Source of the DNA: an uncultured Candidatus Binatia bacterium
GTDB taxonomy: Bacteria > Desulfobacterota > Binatia > UBA9968 > JAJDTQ01
DNA length: 64,000 nucleotides
Direction: 5' to 3'
Assembly: GCA_965215605.1 (NCBI GenBank)
Contig: OZ244070.1
Span: 416,001 to 480,000 of the forward strand
A program made the position numbers and the translations under genes. Positions within the stretch are counted from its first letter, which is position 1. Every line of letters starts with the position of its first letter. A model generated the notes under the pieces. That model did not search any database, was not told the DNA's origin, and was given only the letters and a program-made list of their open reading frames with translations. Below are positions 18,359-29,880 of this stretch, one piece after another.

Positions 18359-19552
18359 CTAAGCGGGCGCCGGTTCGGCCGGGGACCTGGAGAGCGCGAA
18401 CCACAACGTCGCCGCGGCCGCGATGGCCAGCAGCGGGATGCTGCTCAGGTTCACCCATTCCCAGCCGAAGAAGTGCAGCAGCGCCCCGGACGACAGCGAC
18501 ACCACCGCCACGAAGGCGTAGTTGATGAAGCTCATGGCGCCCTGGGTCTTGGCCCGCTCGGCCGGGTTGTAGGACGCCGTCAGGAGCGACGTGCCGCCGG
18601 TGAAGGCGAAGTTCCAGCCCACGCCGAGGAGCAGCATGGAGAGCCAGAACTCCATCACGCCCTCGCCCGACAGCGCCACCCCGATGCACAGGAGCTGCAG
18701 CGCCACCCCGGTCAGGATGACGCGCACCTCGCCGAAGCGCTTGATCAGGGATCCGGTGACGAACCCCGGCGCGAACATGCCGAAGCTGTGCCAGCTTATG
18801 ACGAACGCGGTGTCGGCGAACTGGAAGTCGGCCTCGACCATGGCGATGGGGATGGCCGTCATCAACAGGTTCATGACCCCTTGCCCCATGGTGGCCGCCA
18901 GGGTGGCGGCGATGAATACCGGCTGCACCATGATCCGGGCCAGGGGACGCTGAGCGGCGGCGCGTTCGCTCGGGGTGAGGTTGGGAATATGGAGGAAGAT
19001 CAGCGCCAGGGCGATAAGCGCCATGAGCCCCACGAGGAACACATAGGAGCCCATGAACTCGCCCGTGGCCACGAGGTTCTCCCCGGTCTTGGCCAGGTAG
19101 GGGCCGATGAAGGCCGCCACCACGCCGCCGGCCAGCACCAGGGAGATGGCCTTGCTCTTGAACTCCTGGGGCGCGGTGTCGGCCGCGGCAAAGCGGAAGT
19201 ACTGTCCGAAGGCGGCGAAGACGCCGTAGGTGAGGGCGGCGAGGCACAACAGCCAGAACCGCGACTGGACGATGGCGACCAGGACCATGACGCCGGCGAG
19301 GGCGCCGATGCCCGCGCCGATCATGAACCCGAAACGGCGTCCGGTGACGCGCATGAACATCGAGGCCGGCATGGTGGCGATGGCCGTGCCGACGATCACC
19401 AGTGCCGCCGGCGTGGTGGCCAGCGCCCGGTAGCCCATGCCCAAGGCGATGACCGGCGTGGTGGCGATGAGGAGGGTCCGCGAAGACCCGAACAGCATCT
19501 GGCACGTGGCCAGAACGAAGACGTTCCTGCGGATGGGAGGCTCGGTGGCCAT
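18359..19552 (-). CDS. MFS transporter
   Basis: About 12 TM; YFRFAAAD, GMFAPGFVTGSLIKRFG, GVGWNF. Confidence 0.9.
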   Translation of the reverse strand: MATEPPIRRNVFVLATCQMLFGSSRTLLIATTPVIALGMGYRALATTPAALVIVGTAIATMPASMFMRVTGRRFGFMIGAGIGALAGVMVLVAIVQSRFWLLCLAALTYGVFAAFGQYFRFAAADTAPQEFKSKAISLVLAGGVVAAFIGPYLAKTGENLVATGEFMGSYVFLVGLMALIALALIFLHIPNLTPSERAAAQRPLARIMVQPVFIAATLAATMGQGVMNLLMTAIPIAMVEADFQFADTAFVISWHSFGMFAPGFVTGSLIKRFGEVRVILTGVALQLLCIGVALSGEGVMEFWLSMLLLGVGWNFAFTGGTSLLTASYNPAERAKTQGAMSFINYAFVAVVSLSSGALLHFFGWEWVNLSSIPLLAIAAAATLWFALSRSPAEPAPA

Positions 19553-19616
19553 ACGCGCCTACCCTACAGCAATTCGTGACGATGCGCCATCGTGCACCCG
19601 GCCGGCGCCGCCGGCG

Positions 19617-21212
19617 TCAGTCGAAGACCGTAGCGGAGTAGGGCTCCACGTCGATGAAGGCCTCGATGACGCTGGGGCCGTCGAGACCGAGCCCCCAGCG
19701 GATGGCGGCCTCGACCTCGGCAGCACTTGTGGCGCTCCGGCACGGGACGCCGAAGTAGTGCGGCGGAGAGTCCGCCCGGGTGCCGAGTTCCACTCCGGAA
19801 AGCGGGAACTCCCTGCGCTCCTGCTTCACCTTCATGAGCCCGAGCCATCCGTCGTTGAGCACGATGATCGGCACCGCGAGGTTGCGCCGCCGGGCCACCG
19901 CAAGCTCCCCCGCCGTCATCTGAAAGCAGCCGTCCCCCACCACCCCCGCCACCGCGCGGTCGGGGTGGACCATCTTGGCGGCATAGGCGGCGGGCATGCC
20001 GAAACCCATGGACGACCAGCCGTTGGTGGCCAGCAGCGTGCGCGGCAGGTCGGTGCGCCACTGGGTGGCGATCTGGTGCGTGTGGGCCCCCACGTCATAG
20101 GCCAGGATGCCGTCCGCCGGCAGGGCCGCGCGCAGGATGTCGAGCACATAATGGGCCGCCAACCGGCTCCCTTCCGGGCGGAGCTCCCGGTCCAGCATGT
20201 TCCGGTGGGCTTCCCACTCCTCCGGCGTCCAGTCGTTGGCCACCGGCGCCAGGTCCTCCCACCGCCGCAGCGCCCGATCGAGATCGCCGCCGCGGTTGAA
20301 GGCGAAGCGGACACGCGGGTCCGGCTCCGCGGGGGTGGTGTCCAGGTGGAACACCGGCGTGTCTCCTGTCCACTCCTCGTAGTTGATCTCGATGGGGTCG
20401 TAACCGGCGGCGACGATCAGGTCGGCCCGGTCGAGCATCCGCTGCACGTCGGTGCGACGGGCCCGCCCGATCACCCCTACCCAGTTGGGGTGGCCCTCGG
20501 GCAGGCACCCCTTGGCGTGCAGGGTCGACACGAACGGCAGGCGGTGGTCCTCGATGAAGCGCAGCAGCGAGGCCCCGGCCGTGCTCCTGGCAAAGGTCAA
20601 TCCCGTGATGACCAGCGGACGGCGGCTTCGGGAGAGCGCCGCCGCGAGTGCCGCCCGGGCCTGCTCCGAAACGTCCTCCAGCACCGGCGCCGGGGCGGGC
20701 GCCGGCGCCTCGCCCACACACGGGGCCACGCCCACGTCCTCGGGCAGATCGAGGTGCACCGGGCCGGGCGGCTCCGCGACGGCCACGGCCAAGGCTTCCG
20801 CCAACAGGTCCGGCACGTCGTGGGAGCCCAGGGCGAAGGTGGCCTTGGTGAGGGGCCGAAAGAGCGCGTTGTGGTCGATGCGCATCTGGACCCTGCGCTG
20901 GAGCCAGGGGCTGGAAACGTTGCAGGTGAAGGCCAGCACCGGCGCGCTGTCCAGCCAGGCGCAGCCCACGCCGGTGGTGAGGTTGGTGGCGCCCGGGCCC
21001 ACGGTGGCGGCGCAGGCCCCGGGCACGCCGGTGAGTTGGCCCACGGTGGTAGCCATGAAACCCGCGGAGGTCTCGCTGGCCGTCAGCACGAACTCCACGG
21101 GGCTCCGGCCCAGGGCCTCGATGAGCGGCAGCACCGGACCGCTGGGGATGCCGAAGACCCAGCGGACTCCCGCCTGCTCCAGCATGCGGACAATGGTCTC
21201 GACGTTGGTCAT
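19617..21212 (-). CDS. Thiamine-diphosphate-dependent enzyme (acetolactate synthase large subunit-like)
   Basis: VFGIPSG, conserved Glu in ASETSAGFMA, GPGATN, GPVHLDLP, SMGFGMPAA, GDG...ND ThDP motif. Confidence 0.9.
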   Translation of the reverse strand: MTNVETIVRMLEQAGVRWVFGIPSGPVLPLIEALGRSPVEFVLTASETSAGFMATTVGQLTGVPGACAATVGPGATNLTTGVGCAWLDSAPVLAFTCNVSSPWLQRRVQMRIDHNALFRPLTKATFALGSHDVPDLLAEALAVAVAEPPGPVHLDLPEDVGVAPCVGEAPAPAPAPVLEDVSEQARAALAAALSRSRRPLVITGLTFARSTAGASLLRFIEDHRLPFVSTLHAKGCLPEGHPNWVGVIGRARRTDVQRMLDRADLIVAAGYDPIEINYEEWTGDTPVFHLDTTPAEPDPRVRFAFNRGGDLDRALRRWEDLAPVANDWTPEEWEAHRNMLDRELRPEGSRLAAHYVLDILRAALPADGILAYDVGAHTHQIATQWRTDLPRTLLATNGWSSMGFGMPAAYAAKMVHPDRAVAGVVGDGCFQMTAGELAVARRRNLAVPIIVLNDGWLGLMKVKQERREFPLSGVELGTRADSPPHYFGVPCRSATSAAEVEAAIRWGLGLDGPSVIEAFIDVEPYSATVFD

Positions 21213-21216
21213 ATCG

Positions 21217-22014
21217 TCACGTGCCCACCCGGACGGGGTCCAGCGCATCCTGGAGGGAGCGGATCATGGACAGCACGGTCAGCCGCCCGGTCCGCGGATT
21301 CTCGGTGGGGACGTTCTCGATATGCATGGTCAGGCGGCCGAACTCGCCCTCGGCCTCGACGTCGTGACAGTTGCGCTCGAGCCCCGGCACCGCCAGGATC
21401 CGTATCCGCGTGCGGTCCGGCCCCAGGCCCGCCAGGCTCACGGCCGCGGACACGTTGACGTTGGCGGGAAAGGCCCGGCAGGCTTGCCGTGCCGTGCCGG
21501 AGAAGATCTCCTTCGGCTCGGTCAAGCCGGCCAGCGAGATATCGTTCTCGACGAGATGGGGAGCACCTTCCAGGCCATGGGGAGGTTTTCGCGTGGTGAT
21601 GGTGACGTGGGCCACTTCTCCGGCGCACGCCGACTTGATGCCGTCGAGCGCCGCAATGGCGCCGGAAGGCAGCAGCAGCCGGCAGCCGGTCTCGCGCGCC
21701 CGCTCGATGACCTCGGGATGGTCCAGCAGTGCGCCGACGCTGATGACCATGAGGTCCTTGCCGGCGTCGAACACCCGGCGCGCCAACTCGCGGACGACGG
21801 CTCCCCCCGCCGCCTCCACGACGATGTCCGAACGGACGACGAGCTCGTCGAGAGAGAGGAAAGGCACCGCGGTCCCCAGGGTCTCGAGGAACTCCCTGCA
21901 AGAGCTCTCCGTGCGGCTGGTGACGCATGCATCCGCGGCCACGGCTCCTGAATCAATGGCCTTCAACAAGCCCTTGCCGATGGCTCCGCAGCCCACGATA
22001 CCGATGGTTTTCAT
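21217..22014 (-). CDS. nadX: Aspartate dehydrogenase family protein
   Basis: GIVGCGAIG, SVGAL, PSGAIAALD, FPANVNV, NPRTG. Confidence 0.88.
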   Translation of the reverse strand: MKTIGIVGCGAIGKGLLKAIDSGAVAADACVTSRTESSCREFLETLGTAVPFLSLDELVVRSDIVVEAAGGAVVRELARRVFDAGKDLMVISVGALLDHPEVIERARETGCRLLLPSGAIAALDGIKSACAGEVAHVTITTRKPPHGLEGAPHLVENDISLAGLTEPKEIFSGTARQACRAFPANVNVSAAVSLAGLGPDRTRIRILAVPGLERNCHDVEAEGEFGRLTMHIENVPTENPRTGRLTVLSMIRSLQDALDPVRVGT

Positions 22015-22253
22015 ATGAGATGGCTCCCTGACGGACCAGGCGACTTGTCTGCCCTATAGCAGCCCCGTGGGGAGGGTTTCAACATGGGCCGGGGTAACGG
22101 GGACGATCGGATAGCGGATGCGTGTTGCGAAAATGTTACAAACGCCGCGCCGAGTGTGGTATGGGTTTCGTGACTTGCAAGGTCCACCAGGGACGCTCGA
22201 AAAATGGCGCTCAGGCATGCGCGTCAACACGAAGACATTGGGAGGACAGTACT

Positions 22254-23288
22254 ATGAAACGTCTCGGCCTGTTCATGTTTGCCTTCGCCGTCTCCGGCCT
22301 CGTGGCGGGAGCTGCCAACACGGCGTTTGCCGCCGGCAAGTTGACCCTGTACTGCAGCCCGCAGATCGAGTGGTGCCAGCTCATGGTCAAGGAGTTCGAG
22401 AAGGCCACCGGCATCAAGGTCGCCATGACGCGGAAGAGCTCCGGTGAAACCTTCGCCCAGATCAAGGCGGAAAGGCGCAACCCGAAGGGCGACGTCTGGT
22501 GGGGCGGCACCGGCGATCCACACCTGCAGGCGGCCGAGGAAGGCCTCACCCAGGAGTACAAGTCGCCGCGACTGGGCGAACTGCAGGACTGGGCCCAGCG
22601 CCAGGCCGAGCAGTCCGGCTACAAGACCGTGGGCATCTACGCCGGCGCTCTCGGAGCCGGTTACAACAGCGAACTCCTGGCCAAGCACAAGCTGACGGCG
22701 CCGAAATGCTGGGCGGACCTGACCAAGCCCGCGTTCAAGGGACACGTCCAGATGGCGAATCCCAACTCCTCCGGCACCGCCTACACGACGCTGGCCACCA
22801 TCATCCAGGTCTTCGGCGAGGAGAAGGGCTTCGAGTTCATGAAGGGCCTGCACAAGAACATCAACCAGTACACCAAGTCGGGCTCGGCCCCGATCAAGGC
22901 GTCGGCCCGGGGCGAGACCACCGTCGGCATCGTCTTCCAGCACGACGCGGTGACCCAGGCGGTCAAGGGCTTCCCCATCAAGATCGTCTCGCCCTGCGAG
23001 GGTACCGGCTATGAGATCGGCTCGGTGAGCATCATCAAGGGCGGCCGCAATCCGGAAAGCGCCAGGAAGTGGGTGGACTTCGCCCTGGATCCGAAGATCC
23101 AGACCATGGCGGCCCAGGCCAAGGCGTACCAGGTGCCGTCGAACGCCAAGGCCACTCCGCCGCCGCAGGCCCCCGACCTCAGCCAGATCAAGCTCATCGA
23201 CTACGACTTCAAGAAGTACGGATCTTCGGCGGAACGGCGGCGTCTGTTGAAGAAGTGGGACGACGAGGTTTCCACGCTGCCGCGTTGA
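22254..23288 (+). CDS. AfuA-like ABC substrate-binding protein (sugar-phosphate/Fe class)
   Basis: SD GGAGG; signal peptide; RKSSGE, DVWWGGTGDPH, NPNSSGTAY, YTKSGSAP, EGTGYEIG. Confidence 0.88.
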   Translation: MKRLGLFMFAFAVSGLVAGAANTAFAAGKLTLYCSPQIEWCQLMVKEFEKATGIKVAMTRKSSGETFAQIKAERRNPKGDVWWGGTGDPHLQAAEEGLTQEYKSPRLGELQDWAQRQAEQSGYKTVGIYAGALGAGYNSELLAKHKLTAPKCWADLTKPAFKGHVQMANPNSSGTAYTTLATIIQVFGEEKGFEFMKGLHKNINQYTKSGSAPIKASARGETTVGIVFQHDAVTQAVKGFPIKIVSPCEGTGYEIGSVSIIKGGRNPESARKWVDFALDPKIQTMAAQAKAYQVPSNAKATPPPQAPDLSQIKLIDYDFKKYGSSAERRRLLKKWDDEVSTLPR

Positions 23289-23308
23289 GCGTCTGATCCG
23301 TTGTGGCC

Positions 23309-25518
23309 ATGAATCGGCCCGCCGCGCTTTGGCTTGCCGTGGGGTGGGGCGGCTTCGCGCTCCTCCCTTGGTACGGCGTGGAGGACGGGTTCTGGTCCTT
23401 CGCTTGGCTGTTCGACTACCCGGCCGGAGCCGATGCGGCTCCGGCCCTTCTCCAAATCCTCCTGATCGGCCGCTGGTGGCTGACGCCGATGGTGCTGCCG
23501 CTGGCGGCGCCGCTGGTGGTGCTGTGGCGCCGGCGCACGGACCCGCTCTTCTCCACCGTCCTGCTGGCGGCCGGCGGCGCCGGCACCATCTGTCTCCTGG
23601 CCCAGGGCTTTCTGATCGGCATCGGCGGCTGGGAGTACGCCTCCCTGGAAGGGATCTTCGGTCCCCTCGGCGATCGCCAGTTCGGCATGGGCTACGGTGC
23701 CCTGCTGGTGTCGGCCGCGTTTCTTTTCCTGTTCGCGCAGGGACTGGCCGCGCGCGGAGCGATCAACGGCGACGGTTTCGTCGTGGGCTCCATCGCCTTG
23801 GTCATCGCCCTCGTCGCGGCGTTCATCTTCTTCCCGGTCGTACGCATCCTGGCCAGCGCCTTCCAGGACAACGACTACAACTTCGTGCCCTTCCTCTTCG
23901 TCGAGAAGCTGTTCAGCCGCGACATCTGGGGACTGGGCTGCCTCACCGCCAGCGTCAACTGCGGCGTCGCCTGGAACTCGCTGTTGATGGCCATCGCGGT
24001 CGGCGCCAGCACGACGATCCTGGGGCTGGCCTTCGCCCTGCTGGCGACCCGGACCGGCTTCCGCGCCAAGAAACTGCTCCGCCTGCTGACCGTCCTGCCC
24101 ATCATCACGCCGCCTTTCGTCATCGGCCTTGCCATCATCCTGCTGTTCGGCGCGTCGGGCACGGTGACGCTGGCCATCGAGGCCGTCACCGGAACGACAC
24201 CCGGGCGCTATATCTACGGCCTCCCCGGGATATGGCTGGCTCAGACCCTGGCCTTTACGCCCATCGCCTTCCTGGTCCTGATCGGCGTCGTCGAAGGCGT
24301 CAGTCCCTCCATGGAAGAGGCGGCCCAGACCCTGCGCGCCGACGATTGGCGCACCTTCACCACCGTCTCGCTGCCGCTGATGCGTCCGGGGCTGGCCAAT
24401 GCCTTCCTCGTGGGTTTCATCGAGAGCCTGGCGGATTTCGGCAATCCGCTGGTCCTGGGCGGCAACTTCGACGTCCTGTCGACGTCCATCTTCTTTGCCA
24501 TCGTCGGCGCCCAGAACGACCAGGGCCGGGCCGCGGTTCTGGCCATCCTTCTGCTGGTCTTCACCTTGTCCGCCTTCTGGGCCCAGCACCGCTGGCTGGG
24601 ACAGAAGTCCTACGCCACGGTGACCGGCAAGGGCGACGCCGGCCTGCACGTGCCGCTGCCCAAGCGCGTGACTTGGCTGACCTACGGTTCGGCCCTGCCC
24701 TGGGCGGGGCTGACCGCGATCATCTACTGCATGATCCTGTTCGGCGGTTTTGTGGAGCTCTGGGGTCGCGATCACAGCTTGACCCTGCGGCACTACATCG
24801 ACGCCTTTTCCGTCACCACCGGCGCAGGCGGTTGGGTCTGGTCGGGCGCCGCCTGGAACTCTTTCTGGACGACCATCTACATCTCGGTTGTCTCCGCTCC
24901 CCTGACCGCGGCGGTGGGTCTGCTTACCGCCTGGCTGCTGATCCGTCAGAAGTTCGCCGGGCAGGAGGCATTCGAGTTCGGTACCATGCTGAGCTTCGCG
25001 ATACCCGGCACCGTCATCGGAGTCGGCTACATCCTGGCGTTCAACGTGCCGCCCATCGAGCTCACCGGCACGGGCATCATACTGGTCATCTGCTTCATCT
25101 TCCGGAACATGCCGGTGGGCGTCCGCGCCGGCATCGCCGCCATGACCCAGATCGACAAGAGCCTGGACGAGGCCTCGCTGACCCTGGGCGCCAGCTCGTT
25201 CGCCACGGTCCGCAGAGTGGTCCTGCCGCTCCTCCGGCCGGCCGTGGTGGCCGCCCTGGTCTTCAGCTTCGTCCGCGCCATGACCGCCATCAGCGCGGTG
25301 ATCTTCCTGGTCAGCGCCAACTACGACATGGCCACATCCTATATCATCGGCCGGGTGGAGAACGGCGATTACGGCCTTGCCATCGCCTATAGCTCGGTCC
25401 TGATCGTGGTCATGGTAGCGGTGATCTGGCTGATTCAGTTGGTGGTAGGCCAACGGCGCATCGGCCGTCGGGCGGAGTCCATGGACGTGACCGCCCTCGG
25501 CACGGGAGGAGGGGCGGC

Positions 25519-25522
<4 letters not shown>
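23309..25522 (+). CDS. AfuB/FbpB-like ABC permease
   Basis: ITPPFVIG, EEAAQTL, ADFGNP, LDEASLTLG. Confidence 0.9.
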
Positions 25523-26595
<1,073 letters not shown>

Positions 26596-26618
26596 TCCGC
26601 AAGGGGTACGGCACCGAT

Positions 26619-27446
26619 ATGGATGATCGAGCGCTGGCCGATCGCTTCCGGGCGGCGAAAGAGATCGCACACGACGCGGGCCGGGCGGCGCTGGCATCTT
26701 TCCGCAATCCGGCCGGGCTCAAAATAAGCTCCAAGGGCCGACAGGACTTCGTCAGCCAGGCCGACAACGCCGTCGAGGCGCTCATCCGGGACCGCGTTCA
26801 CGCGATCTTCCCCGATGACGGATTTCTCGGTGAAGAGGGCGGCGCCGCGCTTGCGGGTAGTGACGACGGCGGCCTCTGGGTCGTCGATCCCATCGACGGA
26901 ACCGCGAACTTCATCAACCAGGTGCCGGCGTGGTGCGTCTCCATCGCCTATGTGCGGCAGGGCCGAATCGAGCTCGGCGTGGTCTACGACCCGAACGCGG
27001 ACGAGATGTTCTCGGCCCGCCGCGGCCGGGGCGCCTTCCGCGGCGAAACCCCGATCTCGACCAGCACCGCCGAAAGTCTGACCCAGGGCGCGGTCGACAT
27101 CGGCTACTCCACCCGGACCCCGCCGGCGCCGGCGGTTGACAGCATCCGCCGATTGCTCGAAGCCGGCGGGATGTACCAGCGCAGCGGTTCGGGCGCGTTG
27201 ATGCTCTGTTACGTCGCCGCCGGCCGTGTGCTTGGCTACCTGGAAGCACACATCAACGCTTGGGATTGTCTCGCGGGGATCTTGCTCGTTCGAGAGGCCG
27301 GCGGCTGGACCAACGACTTCCTCGCCAATGACGGCCTGCTCCATGGCAACCCCATCGTGGCCGCGGCGCCGGGCGTCGCCAGCGCCTTGCGCGCCGTGGC
27401 GGCGTTCGAAGTGGAGATGCGTTACGCGACGCCGAAGGGTCGGTAG
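26619..27446 (+). CDS. Inositol monophosphatase family protein
   Basis: GEEG, WVVDPIDGTANF, WDCLAG. Confidence 0.92.
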   Translation: MDDRALADRFRAAKEIAHDAGRAALASFRNPAGLKISSKGRQDFVSQADNAVEALIRDRVHAIFPDDGFLGEEGGAALAGSDDGGLWVVDPIDGTANFINQVPAWCVSIAYVRQGRIELGVVYDPNADEMFSARRGRGAFRGETPISTSTAESLTQGAVDIGYSTRTPPAPAVDSIRRLLEAGGMYQRSGSGALMLCYVAAGRVLGYLEAHINAWDCLAGILLVREAGGWTNDFLANDGLLHGNPIVAAAPGVASALRAVAAFEVEMRYATPKGR

Positions 27447-27499
27447 GGGTTCGGCCGCCGGGAGACGCCACGCGGCCAAATTTGAAAACTCACCCCTAC
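27443..27499. repeat. Degenerate GTAG-type REP doublet between convergent genes
   Basis: Starts GTAGGGG, ends CCCCTAC; right end resembles the REP at 40429. Confidence 0.5.
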
Positions 27500-27921
27500 G
27501 AGAAATCCATCCGGTACAACATCCAATACACCACGACGCCGGTGGCCGACACGTAGATCCACAGCGGCAGGGTCCAGCGCGCGATGGCGCGGTGTCTGTC
27601 GAAGCGTTCCCTCAGTGCCCGCACGACGGTGATGACGACCAGCGGCGCGATGGCCGTGGCCAGGACCGTGTGGGACACCAGGACGGCGAAGTAGACCATG
27701 CGGATCCAGCCCTGCCCCTGGAAGCGGACGGAACCGACACTGAAGTGATAGACGAGGTACGAGATCAGAAACAGCCCGGAACTGCCCAGCGCGGCCAGCA
27801 TGCACCGTTTATGAGCCGCGACGTTGCGCTGCCGGATGAACCAGTAGCCAGTGAGGAGAAGAATCGCACTGACCGAGTTGAGCAGCGCGTTCAGGTGAGG
27901 AAGCGACGTGACCGTGATCAA
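27496..27921 (-). CDS. DUF420 family membrane protein (cox operon)
   Basis: LPHLNALLN, HKRCM, FLISY, ARWTLPLWIYVSATGVVVY. Confidence 0.9.
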   Translation of the reverse strand: MITVTSLPHLNALLNSVSAILLLTGYWFIRQRNVAAHKRCMLAALGSSGLFLISYLVYHFSVGSVRFQGQGWIRMVYFAVLVSHTVLATAIAPLVVITVVRALRERFDRHRAIARWTLPLWIYVSATGVVVYWMLYRMDFS

Positions 27922-28002
27922 TGGAGGCGTTGGTGTTTCAGGGGCTGCGCTTTCCGAGCCTGCCCAATCCGCTCCGCTCCGGCCCTCGGTATCACGATGG
28001 GG

Positions 28003-28290
28003 TCAGGCCAGCTCCGGAATCAGCATCAAGATCAGGAAGACGCAGAGAATCGCCGGTATAATTGCGATCCACCAGATCACGACCTTCTCGAACTTGAGGT
28101 GCATGAAGTAGATGGCCACCAGCGCGGCCTTCACCGATGCCAACAGCACCAGGCCGGCGGCGATCATGAGCTGGGGTATCGGCAGGTAGATGATCCCCAC
28201 CTCCACCACCGTGAGGACGAAGAGCCAGCCGAATACCGCCAGGTATTTGGGTTCCGCGTGTGCTTCGTTATGAGCTGCTGTATCTGCCAT
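28003..28290 (-). CDS. Cytochrome c oxidase subunit IV family protein
   Basis: LTVVEV, KAALVAIYFMHLKFE. Confidence 0.88.
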   Translation of the reverse strand: MADTAAHNEAHAEPKYLAVFGWLFVLTVVEVGIIYLPIPQLMIAAGLVLLASVKAALVAIYFMHLKFEKVVIWWIAIIPAILCVFLILMLIPELA

Positions 28291-28307
28291 GGATGCTCTC
28301 CCGTTTC

Positions 28308-28919
28308 CTACAAGAGGTAGACGAAGGTGAAGATCAGGATCCACACCAGGTCGACGAAGTGCCAGTAGAGACCGGCGATCTCAACCACCGAGGCATTGGC
28401 CTGGGTGATCCGGCCGGTCAGGCCGCCCACAAACACGACGATAAGGTAGACGACGCCGCCGAACACGTGCATGCCGTGAAAACCGGTCATGATGTAGAAG
28501 GTGTCGCCGAACACCGGCGAGCCGAACTTGTTCGCGGAGATGGTCACGCCCTGATGAATGAGATGGGTCCATTCGTAGACCTGGCACGCCAGGAAGGCCG
28601 TGCCTCCCAGGATCGTCAGCAGCATGAACTTTCTGAACTCCTGCATATTGCCGCGTTTGATGCCGGAAAGGGACAGCACCATGGTCACGCTGCTGCAGAT
28701 CAGCAAGAACGTCATGAACGCGGTCAGGTTGATGCCCAGCACTTCCGCCGGCACCGGCCAGTCGGTCGCGGCCATACGCATGATGCCAAAGGTCACGATG
28801 AGGGTCCCGAAGGTCATCGCGTCGCCGCAGAGGAAGATCCACATGCCCAGCTTGCCCCAGCTTTCCGGGGTGAGTGGAGACTCCGCGGGCTCTCGATGTA
28901 ACGTCGCTGCCTCGCTCAT
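28308..28919 (-). CDS. Cytochrome c oxidase subunit III (copy A)
   Basis: KLGMWIFL, TGFHGMHV, GLYWHFVDLVWI. Confidence 0.92.
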   Translation of the reverse strand: MSEAATLHREPAESPLTPESWGKLGMWIFLCGDAMTFGTLIVTFGIMRMAATDWPVPAEVLGINLTAFMTFLLICSSVTMVLSLSGIKRGNMQEFRKFMLLTILGGTAFLACQVYEWTHLIHQGVTISANKFGSPVFGDTFYIMTGFHGMHVFGGVVYLIVVFVGGLTGRITQANASVVEIAGLYWHFVDLVWILIFTFVYLL

Positions 28920-29192
28920 CTAACATTCTCCTTTTCCGACGATATGTAGCCGGGCCTGCCCGCCCTCGCGCGCCTTCTGCGCGCGCGTGTAACGATAGAT
29001 GATCCAGCCCGCGCAACCGGCCAGGGTGGCGTAGGGCATGGCCATCAGGAACACCACGGTCCAGTTGAAGGCCTCGGCGATCCGCTCGGTCTCGGCGGCA
29101 AGGCCCCGTGGGGTCCAGGGCACGGAAACCATGGCCGCAACGGTGGTCATTCCCGCCACCCGCGCCACGAGTCGATTGTCCGTCGAGGCCAT
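28920..29192 (-). CDS. Small membrane protein in cox operon
   Basis: Fills the gap between the two coxIII genes; AFNWTVVFLMAMPY TM segment. Confidence 0.6.
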   Translation of the reverse strand: MASTDNRLVARVAGMTTVAAMVSVPWTPRGLAAETERIAEAFNWTVVFLMAMPYATLAGCAGWIIYRYTRAQKAREGGQARLHIVGKGEC

Positions 29193-29202
29193 ACGCGCGC
29201 TT

Positions 29203-29859
29203 TCAGTACAGGTAAACGAGTCCGTAGAGCACCGGCCACAGCGCCACCACGAACAGCCAGTACATGGCACACAACTCGACGTCCGCCGCACGGTCCGAAG
29301 CGTAGCGTCCCTTCCGCGCCAGGGACCACACCACGGCCACCCACACGAGCGCCCCGAGGACGTGGAGTCCGTGCAGCCCGATGAGGGCGTAGAAGGTGGA
29401 ACCGTACAGACCGCTCCGCATGGTCAGCCCGAACCCGATCAACCGCACCCACTCGTACCCCTGGATGCAGAGGAACAACGCGCCCAGAACAGCGGTCGCC
29501 AGCAGCCACCCGGACAGCCGCAACGGGTCCCGAAGCCGCGCGGCCAGCGATGCCCGGTGCACGGCAAGCCCGCTGCAGAGCAGCACCACCGTGTTGAACC
29601 CCGTGATCCATACCGGCAACCGCGGCTGGGACGGCGGCGGCCAGACCTCGCTGCTCAGGCGCAACACCAGGAATGCGCCGATGAGGCCGGCGAAGAACAT
29701 CACCTCCGCGCCGATGAACATCATCAGCCCCAGTCTCGCGTTGCTGATCACCGGCTCCGTTCCGGAAGGCGGCGGCGGACCGCCCCCGAAGGCCGGCGCG
29801 GGCGCCAGCGTCTCCGCGCCGTCGCCGCTCAAGCTCTTCGCCGTGGCATCCCTTGCCAT
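29203..29859 (-). CDS. Cytochrome c oxidase subunit III (copy B)
   Basis: EVMFFAGLI, QGYEW, GLHGLHV, YWLFV. Confidence 0.88.
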   Translation of the reverse strand: MARDATAKSLSGDGAETLAPAPAFGGGPPPPSGTEPVISNARLGLMMFIGAEVMFFAGLIGAFLVLRLSSEVWPPPSQPRLPVWITGFNTVVLLCSGLAVHRASLAARLRDPLRLSGWLLATAVLGALFLCIQGYEWVRLIGFGLTMRSGLYGSTFYALIGLHGLHVLGALVWVAVVWSLARKGRYASDRAADVELCAMYWLFVVALWPVLYGLVYLY

Positions 29860-29880
29860 CCGTATCTTCCATGCCTTCCG

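Noticed and set aside
19437-25453. 673-aa, 750-aa and 687-aa alternative-frame ORFs
   Set aside because: Overlap well-supported genes; shadow or off-frame ORFs.
27938-27965. Further degenerate REP copy (CAGGGGCTGCGCTTTCCGAGCCTGCCC)
   Set aside because: Too diverged to support without a profile.
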